Assembly: GCA_046563655.1 (NCBI GenBank)
Contig: CM102285.1
Coordinates: 14,508,001-14,572,000, forward strand
Source of the DNA: Yuukianura sp. NJ FZ-2021
Lineage: Eukaryota
Reading direction: 5' to 3'
Length of the DNA: 64,000 nucleotides
Under the pieces are notes generated by a model. It saw only the letters and a list, made by a program, of their open reading frames with translations, was not told where the DNA came from and ran no database searches. A program made the translations under genes and the position numbers. Position 1 is the stretch's first letter, and every line of letters starts with the position of its first letter. Positions 1-12,720 of this stretch are shown here, piece after piece.

Positions 1-1306
1 CTTTTTTCAATTCAAAAACTACCCGCCCTTCTATCTGAGCCTCCGATTCCAGAAATTCCTTTCGAACTGTCGGCCTAACAGCTCGCGTTACCCGCCTTTT
101 TGTAATCCGATGTTTATAGACTTCCTCTTCACGGTCATCATCATCATCTTCCAGAAGATGGTTGCCCATTTCCAGGTCTTCATCTGTGTCTCCTTCCAGG
201 ACAAGCACAACCATACCACTAGTTGTGTCCGGTAAGACTTCCAGAATGTTGTCATCATTGACTAAACTCACATTTCCTTCGTCACTTGTCATTTCCGGAA
301 GTACTTTGATGAATACTTGTGCAGGTTCAGTGGAGTAAAGAGCCGGTGAGTGGATATCGTGAGCTTGGACTTCCAGATGATAGTCGGTGGCTTCCGGTGG
401 ATTGACTAACAAGATTTCTCCTGTTTGTGGCACAACGACAAACGGGTGACTACCGGAAGTTAGCCTGTAGGACACTCGATCATGGTCAGCATCCGTTGCC
501 TTCACGATTCCAACGATCCGAAAACGTTTTGGATTCGTCACGCACGTAGAATTGCCAATTTCCCAGTGATATTCAATGGGATCAAATACAGGATGATTGT
601 CATTTTCATTTTCAATGGTCACTTTGACCTTGACAAGGGCCGAGTCGACTCCTACTGTATCATAAGCCTTGATGACCAGACTGTACTCTTTCTTGATCTC
701 CCGATCCAGTATTGACGTTGTATACAGTTGGATTCCTCCGGTAGACTCGTTCATGCTGACATGAAACAGGCCTTTACCGTCTCCACTGACTATTTCATAC
801 TTCAGGAGTCGTTCCGGATCGGTACTTGGACGAAGCAGTCCCAGTCCGGTCACTTCCGTTCCGATCGGTTGATTTTCAAGAACGAATCCTTCAGAAGTAT
901 CCTTAGGAAAAGCCAGCATCGCATGACTATCCAGTACGTACAACTGGACTGTGTAAGTCGTTGACACATTTGACTCTGGCTGGTCTTCTCGGACTAGGAG
1001 TGACACTGGATGGTCCACGAGAGTTGACAAGTTGGCAGTGGACATGAGGAGTCCTGAATTGAGGACGGTGAAATACGATGAATATTCGTTCGGTAGGAGA
1101 CGATAAACATGGCCACTGGATCCGCCTTCCAGACCGAACTTTTTGATACTGTAGCCTGGATAGATGTCATGCGGAATTCGGAGCACATTTCTCCTGACGA
1201 TGGCCAAACTAGATGATTCCGGAAGGTTAGTTAGGATGAGCACTACGAAATGGAGAAAGACGAGCCCCATTGTCCCTACTAAAACGTAGTTTGTCCGAAA
1301 GGTCAT
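1..1306 (-). CDS. CadN: Neural cadherin (DN-cadherin-like), first coding exon; gene continues beyond the left edge
   Basis: Open frame of 435 codons from ATG at 1306 to the window edge (missed by the ORF track because there is no stop). Signal-like N-terminus MTFRTNYVLVGTMGLVFLHFVVLIL; cadherin motifs LDRE, ENENDNHPVF, ATDADHD. Ends RRVTRAVRPTVRKEFLESEAQIEGRVVFELKK, matching the RVTRAVRPT...EG..VF.L segment of Drosophila CadN. Acceptor AG at 1361-1360. Confidence 0.88.
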   Translation of the reverse strand, partial: MTFRTNYVLVGTMGLVFLHFVVLILTNLPESSSLAIVRRNVLRIPHDIYPGYSIKKFGLEGGSSGHVYRLLPNEYSSYFTVLNSGLLMSTANLSTLVDHPVSLLVREDQPESNVSTTYTVQLYVLDSHAMLAFPKDTSEGFVLENQPIGTEVTGLGLLRPSTDPERLLKYEIVSGDGKGLFHVSMNESTGGIQLYTTSILDREIKKEYSLVIKAYDTVGVDSALVKVKVTIENENDNHPVFDPIEYHWEIGNSTCVTNPKRFRIVGIVKATDADHDRVSYRLTSGSHPFVVVPQTGEILLVNPPEATDYHLEVQAHDIHSPALYSTEPAQVFIKVLPEMTSDEGNVSLVNDDNILEVLPDTTSGMVVLVLEGDTDEDLEMGNHLLEDDDDDREEEVYKHRITKRRVTRAVRPTVRKEFLESEAQIEGRVVFELKK

Positions 1307-2185
1307 TGCCAATCACTGCACTTCACTTGATTCCGTCCAGAATCAGTTCTGTTTTATACCTGTAAGTTATAAAAAGAAAGGCATTTTAGATAAAAATAGA
1401 CACTGACGAAAAAAAGTCGGAGGGATAGCATCTCTGGATCTTCGAGACGGAAAATGCAATAAGCTCTTGAGATTCCAAGAAGAAGAAAAAAATCGTCGGA
1501 GATTGACTGTTGTTTGGTCGAGGAAGTTCTGAGTTTGGTATAACCCGACTTCCTGGAACAAACTTTTAGCTCGTGCGTATATGAACATCCGAAAACCCCG
1601 AAATACCCGGATCCAACCGAAAGCAAAGGGCTCCCCTGGAAAACTTTGGATTCCACCCGGAACATGACATGCGTGCGGAAGTAGAACGCAAGTTACATTC
1701 GGAAACTATGGTTGGATATAGCCAAGTCACTGCATCCCCCAAAAAGTCCAAAGAAAATGAATAAAAATGTCACTTTGGCACGGTGCGAACCGTCACGGTG
1801 CAAACCGTCGTACTATGCTATTGTTACCTTGTAATTTTATTATTATGATGGATTACGCACGTCACGGTGTGCCATTTCGTGCTAAATGTCAACGGTTATG
1901 TTAAATTTTAAACAAGACTATATCAATTACCATCCCACAAATCGATTACAACGTTGTGTAATCGAATATATCGTTGTGTAATCGTTTTCGATTGAGGTAA
2001 AAACTTACAAGAACGGCACTTTTCACAAATTGTTCAGCGAAAAAGTTCGTTGGATTCGTTTTTCCTTATCGTTTTCGAAAAAAAAGAAGAAAAAAACGTT
2101 TTCGGTCGTTTTTGAATTCCCGCCAACGACATTCCCAAAACATGAACGTTCTTTTTCCCTCAATTTGAGATATCACGTCTGAAGA

Positions 2186-2257
2186 TTGGATATGAAGTTC
2201 ATTTAGGAGTATATTATCTTAGTTGGATATGAAGTTCATTTAGGAGTATATTATCTT
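2186..2257. repeat. Two-copy tandem duplication (~37 bp period)
   Basis: ttggatatgaagttcatttaggagtatattatctt occurs twice in tandem. Confidence 0.85.
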
Positions 2258-3768
2258 AATTATCTTGCATATGGATATCTTATCTTAGTTCTTATCATAA
2301 GACTCATTGTTGTCACTGTAATCTCAGACATTAGAAACGGGAATGCCCTATTACGTCTTATCGTTATCGCAGTAATCCGATAAGGATGGCACTTTAACAT
2401 TTTAAATCCGGACTTACCGTTGGCACGTACCGATACCGAATGAATTAATTGCGGAAACGGATATGTAAAATTGATTTTTTTTTGGGAAAGCTTCATTAAC
2501 ACTTTAAAAAAACCGCATCCACTTACACTTTGACACTTTCACTCCACATTCTCCGCCCTTTGACACTTTCGTTTTTGTTCCTTCCCACACTAACTCTGAC
2601 CACAAAAACAAAACCAGGGTTGACTAAATGGTTAATTACTGAAACGTAATTAGTAATTGAGGTGATCCACCTAACAAAGTGGACCCTACCTCATGCCTGT
2701 CCCCCAACAAACTGCAAACTGAGATCCATCCGATGGAGATGGAAGTGTTTTGGAAGTGGAGAGGGGAGATGTCTGTCTCCCTCCGTCCGGGTTTCCGCCA
2801 GACTCCGAATGCTCCACAGTGCCTGGAGGCCAAATTCAATAACTTATAGCCTCTTCCACGGTTAGACTATTCCACGGTCCACGGTCCCACTTACTACTTA
2901 CTACAACTCCCAAGGATCAACGATCTCCACACACTTGGAAAAAACATCCAGGAAGGGACGCTCTTCTCCCATTCGCATCTTCTCCCTCCGGAGATCACAG
3001 AAGATCCGATTCACAACATCCTAAATCAACCAGGAATCGACCAAACCTCTCGTTACGCGTGCTAACGTCCCGCATTCTGGAATACTGAAAGTCCAAACTA
3101 CTTTATATTACTGTCATTTTTGGACGGAGGTCAAAGGTCGTGTACATTCCAGGTCCACTTGACACCTTCACATCAGGGCACAACTATCTTACTAACGTAA
3201 AATAGAGCGAGAGCGATCGTCACGCGACATTCGGAGGTTTGAGAATGAGGAATGTTTGAGACATTTTTACAAAGTGAAAATTTTTAACTTAAAATCCCGA
3301 AATTCGGGTTTTTTGTAATTTCGAAAATGCAAGAGTTTGAGATAGCGTAAAACGCGATGATTACGAAATGACAAAACCATGAACAAGTATATGGCATGAT
3401 TGATTACTAACGACAAGATGAAAAGAATTCTAAATTTTTTGTTGTAGTTTACCTCGAAATTGTAACTCCAACCTCATTTTTAACTTTACCAATTCCAGTG
3501 CAATATTCATAATCAACGGAAATTAACTTAAATTAAAGTTCCTTAGTTTAATAAGTGCTAAAATGCTATTGCTCTTTTTGCACATGTTGCGACATCTGTC
3601 AAACGCAGTGTGAATGCAGTCAAACGGATAACAATAAATTCAAACCACTTTTTTTTCAACAGATGATTTAGATGGTACAAAAACAAAAATTGTTAAATAT
3701 TATGGCCATCGGAAAGTAAGATTCGTCGTTTTTTCATTAAGTTTTCCAATTAATTTGCCTATTTTACA

Positions 3769-5083
3769 ATGGATACTTGTGTCAACTGCGGCTTACGTTT
3801 TGAGGGAAACAATAAAAAAGTGAAGTTAACTGCGAAATTAACGGGCACAGATCTTAGTGTTGGCGAGGTTCTACGAGAGGTCATGTCGAAGGCAAATCCA
3901 GTAGCAACTATGTCTCCGCTAAAAGAGCGCCGTCGTGAAGTAAGGGGAATGTGTATTAAATGCTGCGGAAAACTTAAAACATTGCACTTTGCGTGGAAGC
4001 ACTTCTTCCCTGCTGCTGGTACGGATTCTTACGTCAGACGCAAAATGGACTTTAAGCCCCAAGACAAGATGGAAGACACAAATGCAACCATTGTAACACC
4101 AGCACCAGCACCTACGCCAAAACCCATCCCGCCGAAGCGAGGAATATGTTTAGACAACATAAGGATGGCGCAAATACTGCCGCTAAGGAAAGAGCTGCGA
4201 CGTCTGGCCAAGTCCGGCTTAGTCCAAGGATGTATTTCCAAACCGGAAGACATATTAGATTGGACAAAGTTCGACAATGAAATGAAACTTGTTGCACCGA
4301 AGTTCCATCGCCTACTATACAAACTTGTTGGACTTAAAGGGAATCCGATTAACCCCAAAATTGGCACAGCAGTTCTAATTCTGCTCTTTTCAATGAATAA
4401 GTTCGCCAACAGATTCCAGAGCGGCATCTCATTTTTGCTGGCTAGAACACAAACCAGCAAACAGGTAATATTTCGTACTTATTACGTTTGTTGTGCTCAG
4501 AAAGTCAAAGATTACATATTAATTCTTAAACACTTAATAGGTTTATGCCCTGCTGAATGGAATGGGCATTTGTACAAGCTATACTACGTTGATGAAAACC
4601 ATGGATGTAATTAGTCCAACATGTGACCCGGAAGTCAACGACATGGGAGAGGTAAGGTTCGTAGCGTTATTCGTTAATCGTCTTCGTTATTCGTTAATTA
4701 AATTGGTCAAATATTAAAAATTACTATTTCAATTAAGTATTTGATTCCGCAGGACATTTGGTCCCAAATTGAGAACTTCTACGCCGATCAACTATTCAGC
4801 ACAACTGGACGCAAGCCTCAAACAAACAAAAAAATAGTCAGCGAAAAATTAGTTTTTATTTTTTGTTTAAATACACTTTTGTTTGTTTATTATATTCGTT
4901 AACTTTTTATGAATTCAGAGAAACCGCGATGGTTCGAATCGGAAGTTGGATATCGAAGAAGAAAATATAGAAGTTTTGGATATCGGAGAAGAAAATGCAG
5001 AAGTTTTGGATATCGGAGAAGAAAATGCAGAAGTTTTGGATATCGGAGAAGAAAATGCAGAAGTCGCAATGGATTCCAGCTGA
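3769..5083 (+). CDS. Orphan 4-exon gene (~351 aa): N-terminal CxxC...CxxC (zf-AD-like) finger, transposase-like helical region, acidic decapeptide-repeat tail
   Basis: Exons 3769-4464, 4541-4651, 4753-4836, 4919-5083 joined by GT-AG phase-0 introns give one frame: MDTCVNC...GMCIKC...SKQ|VYALLNGMGICTSYTTL...|DIWSQIENF...|RNRDG...(LDIGEENAEV)n AMDSS*. Confidence 0.6.
4946..5064 (+). repeat. 30-bp minisatellite (~4 copies), coding in the last exon of the 3769-5083 gene
   Basis: Unit ttggatatcggagaagaaaatgcagaagtt translates as LDIGEENAEV. Confidence 0.9.
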
Positions 5084-5365
5084 ATATGCATGATTGAGTT
5101 CAAAAGTTAAAATCGACAAATCGAGGCAAGGATTTTAAAAAGCTTCCAATCCGCAACGAATGCATGACCTAACCGAGGTGGAAAATGCTGTCAATATGTG
5201 AGGAGTGACAAGTAGGAACATTCCTAAACTGTAAGTTGGAGAATTATTTGAAACTGATTTAGGTGAACTTAATTATAGTTTAAATTATTTTAGGTTTGCC
5301 AGTTGTGAAAAAGAATCTGTCAACAGATCCGTAATAAAATTGCGTCCAACCAAGTCGCCTCATCC

Positions 5366-5602
5366 CAAGGTTCCTAGAGCCACGAAATAGTTTTCCTTCA
5401 ACAGGTTTGGCAATAAGTCCTGCTTACGGGAAATCCCGCCCCGAACAATTTTTTCCGCCATTCCCATTTGATTATATGGAAATCATTGCCATAGGAAGGT
5501 ACGGTGAAGCAAGCTTTGCTAATTTTTTAACAAAATTTAAAAAGTTGTAGTTATTGCCTAACCTGTTGAAGAAATATATTTTTTTTTTGTTTACGAACCT
5601 TG
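5366..5602. mobile_element. MITE, CAAGG-TIR family (subfamily B)
   Basis: Termini caaggtt...aaccttg; flanks cctcatcc/cctcaccc (8-bp TSD, 1 mismatch); internal aacaggtt/aacctgtt inverted motif. Confidence 0.75.
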
Positions 5603-6249
5603 CCTCACCCTAGGAATTCCCAACTTTTTCAAATAGTAATTATTATACCATAATTAAATAACAGTTTGAATTATTTTAAGATTCCTGGATAGATGTTTGA
5701 AGAAAGCTTACAAACACCGAAATTCGGGTTCCGTCAACTTTTGTCATTTCGAGGATTTGAGAATTTAAAAATTCGAATTTCGAAATAAGTGTCATGCGAG
5801 GAATCGAAATGCGAAAACGGCAAAAGCATTCAGCGTTTTGCACAAAATATTTTTTTTGTTTTGAATTTTTGATTACCTCAAAATTTTATTTCCGACGGAC
5901 TTTTCGATTAGCGCTGCACTTCCAGGAAGGCTCCAAGTATTTTTGAAATTTAACTAAAAGCTAAGCATATTGTTTGAATAGCGATTTTTATAACCTACAC
6001 CAACTAGACCTAAAACCACAAAATTTCCAATTCCAGTGCACTATTCTTAATCGACGGAAAAGGAAATTAACTTACAGTTCATTAAATTTTTGGTAGTTTT
6101 TTTAGTCTCTATTTTTAGTCTCTTTTTAGCCTAATAGCGCCAACTTCTAGGCATGATTAACTCGATTAATAATTACTTTGCAATTATAACTAACTTCGAT
6201 GAATCTCCCAAAGGCAATGACATTGTGATGCTGATGCTGGCCAGTATTT

Positions 6250-9200
6250 TTAGACACAGTTTTGTGTTCCACAAGCTTCTTCATCTTTGCAAATATCGCA
6301 AGCAGAGAATCCTGGCGGAGTGTAGAACGCTCTGGCTCTGCGAGTAGTATCGTAGTAGTCGTAGACTTCGACATACGCTGCAGCTGGATCAGCGATTTTG
6401 TGAACTCGGCTGGCTGGAACTTCGAGACTGCGCTGAGTGGAATCCAAAGAGTCAAAGTAAATGTTCAGTTTCGTGTTTCCATTGTCCAGTTCAAATCGCT
6501 TCACACGCTCAACTTCTCGAATTGGCGCCAAATCTTCTTCGTCAAAAGTGTAGCCACTGGGCAAGTTTACTTCCATCACAGCCATGTTGGACTCAGCGTT
6601 TTTTCCATCAGACGAAACATATTTGGTAACGATATTCAGTTTCAAGCCTTTCACTTCAGCCGGATCCACCTGAAATCGAAAAAACCAAAATTTTCAAAAA
6701 AATTCAAAATTTTCAAAAAATCACGAAAACTTGTTCAAAAGCAGTTCCAGCTCACCGTGACATCGATTGAAAATACTGGAGACTGCGATTTGTCTTCAAC
6801 GTAGTAGGACCACGTGAGCTGCGCAAGCGCAGTTCCTTTTCCAGTCGCTTCGAAAGTCACTTCCTCTGTTGTCGCCGGTAGAAAAACTTCCTGGAGGACC
6901 ATCGCATTGTCATTTTTGACTTGAAAAGTGTTGCCAGCAGCCTTAATCGTCAAGTCATTGTCCTTTGACCTTGTTGCCATCGACAGCTTGCCAACCGCTG
7001 TCAATCCAACAACAGTATCCTGTGTCGAGATGAAACCACCTTCGGCATTACGCTGACTCAGTAGCCACTTGCCAGAAGCCAGCGCCTTGTCCAGGTTGCC
7101 ATCTTTGAGGTACATCAAGACCGAGTAAGCTGTCATCTCCACCGACACTGGTTTTGTCTGTGGCTCCCAATGATAAGTCGGAAGTGGCACAATCTTTTCC
7201 GTTGTGTTGTCCGATTTCGGTTTTTCCTTCTTCGGTGGCTCCCAGTAGACAAAATCACCTTCAGTCTTGGCCATTTTCTCCAAAGCTTCATGAAATGTCG
7301 CCTTCTTTTCGTGGTTAGCTGCCTGAAGTGTGTAGGTGATCAATGTCAGGGGGTAAGGGTTCGGCAAGGTGGTGGGGGCACTTGAAATGTAAGCGAGGCC
7401 CTTGGAAATGACAGTGTCAAAGTCGACCATAACGGGACGAGGTTCCCCAGCGCCAATGGCTACAAAATCATCGGTTGCCACCGAGTCGTTGCCACTTGCT
7501 TTGGACTCAATGAAGGCCAGCAGAACGTAGGCCGAGAGGGAGTAGGAATCGGCTGCTCCGCCTTTCATGTCTGCATGCAAAACGGTTCCGTGTTCGACAA
7601 AACTGCCATCGGATTGCTGCTTTGATGCCAAAAATTTGAGAGCTGCCGTGATGACCTTGGGGTCAATCGTGATGTGAGGCTGAGCTGCTACAAATGACCT
7701 GGACAATATTAAAAAACGATTTATTATGCTGAAAATACTAACAGTTAATATATATACTAATTTTTTAGTAATACTAATGAGCTCCTGTCAATCCGGAATT
7801 GCTTAATTAATTACCGATTGGCTTGTTTATATTCTCAAACTGTTGGACTTTTTTTAATTCAAATTTTTCTTAAAATCATTCTTTTTTTCGTTTTTACAAT
7901 AGCTTGTTTCAAATAAGGCGATTATAATCCATTTTAGATTAATCTACGGTTGCGCGGTTACTCCAGCCCGATTATTTTTCCGATTATAATCGCCCAAAAA
8001 AGAATCCACAAAAAGGAGGATTCTTGCAGATTAATCTGAAGTTCCAAGTTTAGAAAACTATGCGACGAGACAGGGAAAGCCATCGAGCGGTCACGTAAAG
8101 TCATCTAGCGGTCAGAGAAAGTCATCTAGCGGTCATAGAAAGACATCGAGCGATCGGAGAAAGTCATCGAGCGGTTGGTGAAAGTCATCGAGCGAACTGG
8201 AGAAAGTCATGGAGTGGTAAGAGAAAATCATCCAGCGATCAGAGAGCTTCACCTAGCGGTCGGTGAAAGTCATCGAGCGATTGGAGAAAGTCATCGAGCG
8301 GAAGTGAAAACACGGTCAGAGTGACGATTAGGGAGCACTCCATAAATGAAATGTTGGAATGTGCGTAGCTTTCTCTAACCGCTCGATGGCTTTCTCCGAA
8401 CGCTCGATGACTTTCACCAACCGCTCGATGACGTTCTCCAGCCGCTAGATAACTTTCTCTGACCTCTCCTCAACGTTCTCCGGCCGCTTGATGAATGTCC
8501 AATCCTTCTCGCCTTTTGTCATTTTCCTAGCTGGATTAATCTGCAAAAATATTCGGGCTGGAGTAACCGCGCAACCGTAGATTAATCTAAAATGGATTAT
8601 AATCGCCTTATTTGAAACAAGCTATTAGCTTGTTTAAGCTATTAGTTTAAAGCCATTTCCAATCGTTTGTTTTCAAAAAAACTAAAAAAAAATTTTGGTA
8701 AAAAAAAAATTTTTTTTTTGGAAGTTTCAAACTAGATAGACCCACAATTTTTCGAATCCCAAAACTGCTTTTTCTCTCAGATTTTTCGATTTTTTTTCTT
8801 GCATAGAGGTCAAAGGTTAGGTTTTCTGCTTTCATCTTAAGAAGTGGTCGGAGGTAAAGTCTAAACTCTGAATTAGGACAATTTAACCAATCTGAGGCGT
8901 AGCCCCAGCACGAACGGGAAGCACTCTCGTTAAAAACTAATTAGTTAATCAAAAATTATCACTTGAGTGTATCTCACCTAGCGACAAAAGCTGTAAGCCA
9001 AGTTGACCCCTGGAGGTCAGATTCTCCAAAAGCAGAAAAGGAGCCATCGGAATGTCTGTAGGTCAACTCCCGCTGATACCCGGATTCCAGGAACCGGGTA
9101 GCTTTGGCCTTGATTTCATCCGAAAGCGTTCCAGACGATTTCAAGTACTCCAGAATGACAATGTCAGGTACAAAGTTCAGCATGTTTTGCTCTCCACCTA

Positions 9201-12200
9201 AAAATTGAAACCAAAAATTCAAAAATCCAAAATTCAAAATTTCATATTTCAAGATTTTATCTTACATCCACAAGGCATTTGAAGCAGTTTGTCCAGATTG
9301 TTAATCGTGGAGCCCAGTAAATCCGAGATCACTGAAATCTTGACCACGTCTGCGCCTGGAACTCGTTTCGGCGGGAACTCCGTTCGCAGCGTCTGTTTGG
9401 CTTCGTTTTCTTTGCGCAAGTCAAGCAGTACTGCCTTGTTTCTGCTTTGTTTTTGTCCCGGAGGCTTGACAATCTGAATTTGACTTAAAGCGTCTCCCGC
9501 TGTTGGACAAACGGCCTTGACATCCAGTTTTACATTTCCAAATTTGATCATTCTGATGACGAAAGTCAATGACTTGACCTGCTGACCTCCCACGACAACG
9601 TTTTTAGCCAGTTCAGGAAGAGTCTTGTTCCCTTCTTCGAGAAATTCAAACGCAGAATCCGAATTCTGAAGTGTCACAGTGGCCGTGACTTCTTCTGGCA
9701 TGTAATTGTGTACGAGCACTTGAAGGCCAAAGACTTCACCTTTCACGACAGAATAAGGTTTGTTCAACGTTATGAAAAATGGACGAAACGTTTTGAGTGT
9801 CGACGGATTCAAGGTCAAGCCGATTCCAGTTTCGGGACTGAGGGAGTATCCAGTGATGATCCAGGAAGTCAGAGTGTCCGGAACGACCTTCTCAAGTACG
9901 TACTGCGACTGCGCAGAATCGATTTCCTGCCATAGCCAAGTTTCCGGAAAATCTTTGCGCACGCGTACCTCGACTCCGCCTTGTCCAGGAGCACTGATGC
10001 TGGCACTTTCGAGTTGCATTGGAGCTGCGAAGGCGACCATGTCATTGGCTTCCATTGCGACTTTCTTGCGCATCATGAGTCCGCCACCGCCGCGGGTGTA
10101 GTACGGTCTGGGTCGGATGTATCTCTCTTTTTCTAGATTGGCATTGGTCAGAACGATAAGCCCCGCCTCCTCGAACGTCTGGAAAGCATTGGATCCACCC
10201 CAGAGACGATAGTTGTTTAGTTGATTTTGAAAAGCCTTGACCTCATCTTCGATCGTCTTGACAGTGATGTCACGGTCTTCCTTGAGCAGGAGCACTGATT
10301 GGTCAACTCCTCGCACAGCAATTTTGGATCCAGCAGTCGTATCCATGGAGATGTTAATTTTTTCACCTGGTTCTGCTTGGTCCTTCGACAGTGTCAGGTT
10401 CAAAAAGTTGTCAAAAACGGAATTGACGCTGAATTTGGCCGAATCAACTCCGATTTCCAGCGATGGGAGGATCACGGTGTAGACCAAGAGTCTCGCTTCT
10501 GGAGCTGCAGCGCTTGGGACAGTAAACTGAAAAAAAAACATTCCAAAAATTTGAGATATTATGAAAAACTTTCCAGTAGCCGAAAATTTTGGGTTGAATG
10601 TAGGGCGAATTGCATCCGCTGTAGCCACCAGCGCAATATTTGTAACCACTCAATGTCAATATTTCAACAGTGAAAATTTTACTTTTCAAACAAAAAAATT
10701 TTAATTTTTTTTCCAAGAAATAAAAAATCGTGATTTTTTGATGTAATCAAGATTTTTCTGATTTAAATCATTGATTTAATCAATGTCGTTACACTTTGTG
10801 GTTACAACGGCTGCAATTTACCCTTACCCCAACCAAATTAAAAAAGAGAAAATTTACCTGGAAACTGTGTGTTTTCACTGGAGCTGGAAGTGTTAATCGC
10901 TGAATCTCCAGAATTTGGCCACGCCCATACAGAACGTACGTCAGAGACGAAAATTCTTTGTTCAACTTAACTGCCGCCGTGACCTGGGAATTGACCTTGG
11001 GATTTTTCGTGTCCAGGCGGATATCCATGTAGGTTTTGGACGGTGACTGGAGTCGCTGCGGCGGATAAAAAGTTTGGGTCAACTCTTTGTACGTGACTTC
11101 AACGGAACTTGCTGACATGAGTTCATTTGTGGGTGTGTCCACAGTGAGTTGGACAATTCCGGTGGCCGGAATTGGGAAATACTTGACTCCATCTTCAGCC
11201 AAAAAGGAATATCCATGTAAAATTTTGACTGCTTTTGGATTGTCATCGCTGATTGGTTTGCCATCTTGAGTGACAATTTTGAAGGTCAAGGTCAACGGAA
11301 ACCCTGGTTTGTAGTTCCGCTCTTCTTCAATCATTTCGATCTTGTAGCCATACTGATGAGCCCGAATCCGTGCCGTACCGTTTTGTTGTCGACCGGTCAA
11401 CGAATCCGTCACGGTTGCAACCAGTTCGTATTCTTTTTCGTAAGTCAGCGGTTCCGTTTCAAGTTCGGATCGGACGTTGAATTCGAAAAATGCCGAACCG
11501 TCAATTGGCGATTTCTTGCTGACGATTTTCGGTGGTGGACCCCATCGGTACTGCTGGTACTCCGAAATTTTGATTTCGCATTCCCCTTTCATTGCTTTAC
11601 CGTAAGTGTATGCTGCTTTGACCTCTGCTGTAAACTGCGTATTGTTGAACGTTATAAATGGCGGCAAAATGACATCGACTTTGAACTTCGGTAAAACGTA
11701 TTGATCAACCGTGAAAGATTGTGAACTTTCTTGTCCATTTGCTTCAGCCTTGATTTGCCAGTCACCAAGATTAGGTTCTGGTGACAACTCCAACTTTGTC
11801 GCCAAGATTCCACCAATCACGGATTCGTTTTTCCAAATCTTGATAACGTTTTGTTGTGGATCTAGAATTTGGATATCGACGTTCTGATTGGTCAACGGCC
11901 TTAAAAACCGATTCAGCATCACCACTCGCATGTTCACGGTCTCTCCTGGTTTGTAAATGGGTTTATCCGTTTGCAAAAGTAGACTCTGCTCTTTGGTATC
12001 TTTGTAGACCAAATTGTTGTCGTCATAAGTGACTTCGCCATTTTCTCCTACAGCCTTCACGGTCAAGTTGTACCGACTTTCTGGAAGGTCACCGATGTTC
12101 AAGGTCACTGTGGCTGTTCCCCCAGGGGGAATTGACACTTTTTCGGCTTGAACGACGATCTTGGCCTTCGGTTCTTCCACTTTCTCTTCTCCTCCTTCGA

Positions 12201-12438
12201 TCGCTCCTTCTACCCGCAGAATCACACCTTCTTCAAATTCTGGCACCGTTTTCAGTGCAAGTTCAAAGGTCATTGGAAATCGTGCTGTCGGTTCAACTCC
12301 AATTGTGACGTTGTAGGTCGTACGAGGTCGAATCAGTTTCGGAGCCACGGCGGTGAACACTGACGTTTTCGTAACGACTTGTCCAGAGGCCATTCCAGCT
12401 ACAAATAGCACAAAAAAAGTTAGTAGAAGTTGCTTCAT
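6250..12438 (-). CDS. Tep: Thioester-containing protein (insect TEP / CD109 / alpha-2-macroglobulin family), secreted, ~1474 aa, 5 coding exons
   Basis: Exons 12438-10858, 10526-9266, 9197-8978, 7698-6756, 6669-6250 total 4425 nt in frame. Signal peptide; QTDKPIYKPGETV; YVLPKF; RKDFPETWLW; PDTLTSW; thioester MPCGCGEQNM; STWLTAFV; catalytic His in VLHADMKGG; GGFISTQDTVV; SNMAVMEVNLPSGY; VEVYDYY; C-terminal Cys signature. Confidence 0.96.
7898..8626. mobile_element. Foldback/MITE with ~75-bp perfect TIRs and internal ~21-22-bp repeats, in TEP intron 3
   Basis: aatagcttgtttcaaataaggcgattataatccattttagattaatctacggttgcgcggttactccagcccga at 7898 is mirrored exactly at the right end (to 8626). gaaagtcatcgagcgg units on the left arm appear inverted on the right arm. 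Confidence 0.9.
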
Positions 12439-12720
12439 GTTGAAAAAGTGTTTTCAACACAACAGTAACTTTTCAACTGAACACCAAAAGTGAGAGTGAA
12501 AGACACTGGGACACTGTAGTGACTGTAGGTTGTTGGTTAATCACAAAAGTAATTAGATATGAGTTGTCTAAGCCTGTTCTGGAGTCTCTGCTGGAACTGC
12601 TCCAGGATGCTGAGCTTATTAATAACTTTATGGTTTGAGTGTGGGTGTGTCCTTGAAGAGGAATTAGAAAGATGTCATGGAGATTTTTGGAATGTCCAAA
12701 TGTATCCAAAATACCCAAGT

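Noticed and set aside
482..1188. Short ORFs over the cadherin exon
   Set aside because: Antisense or out-of-frame shadows of the CadN coding frame.
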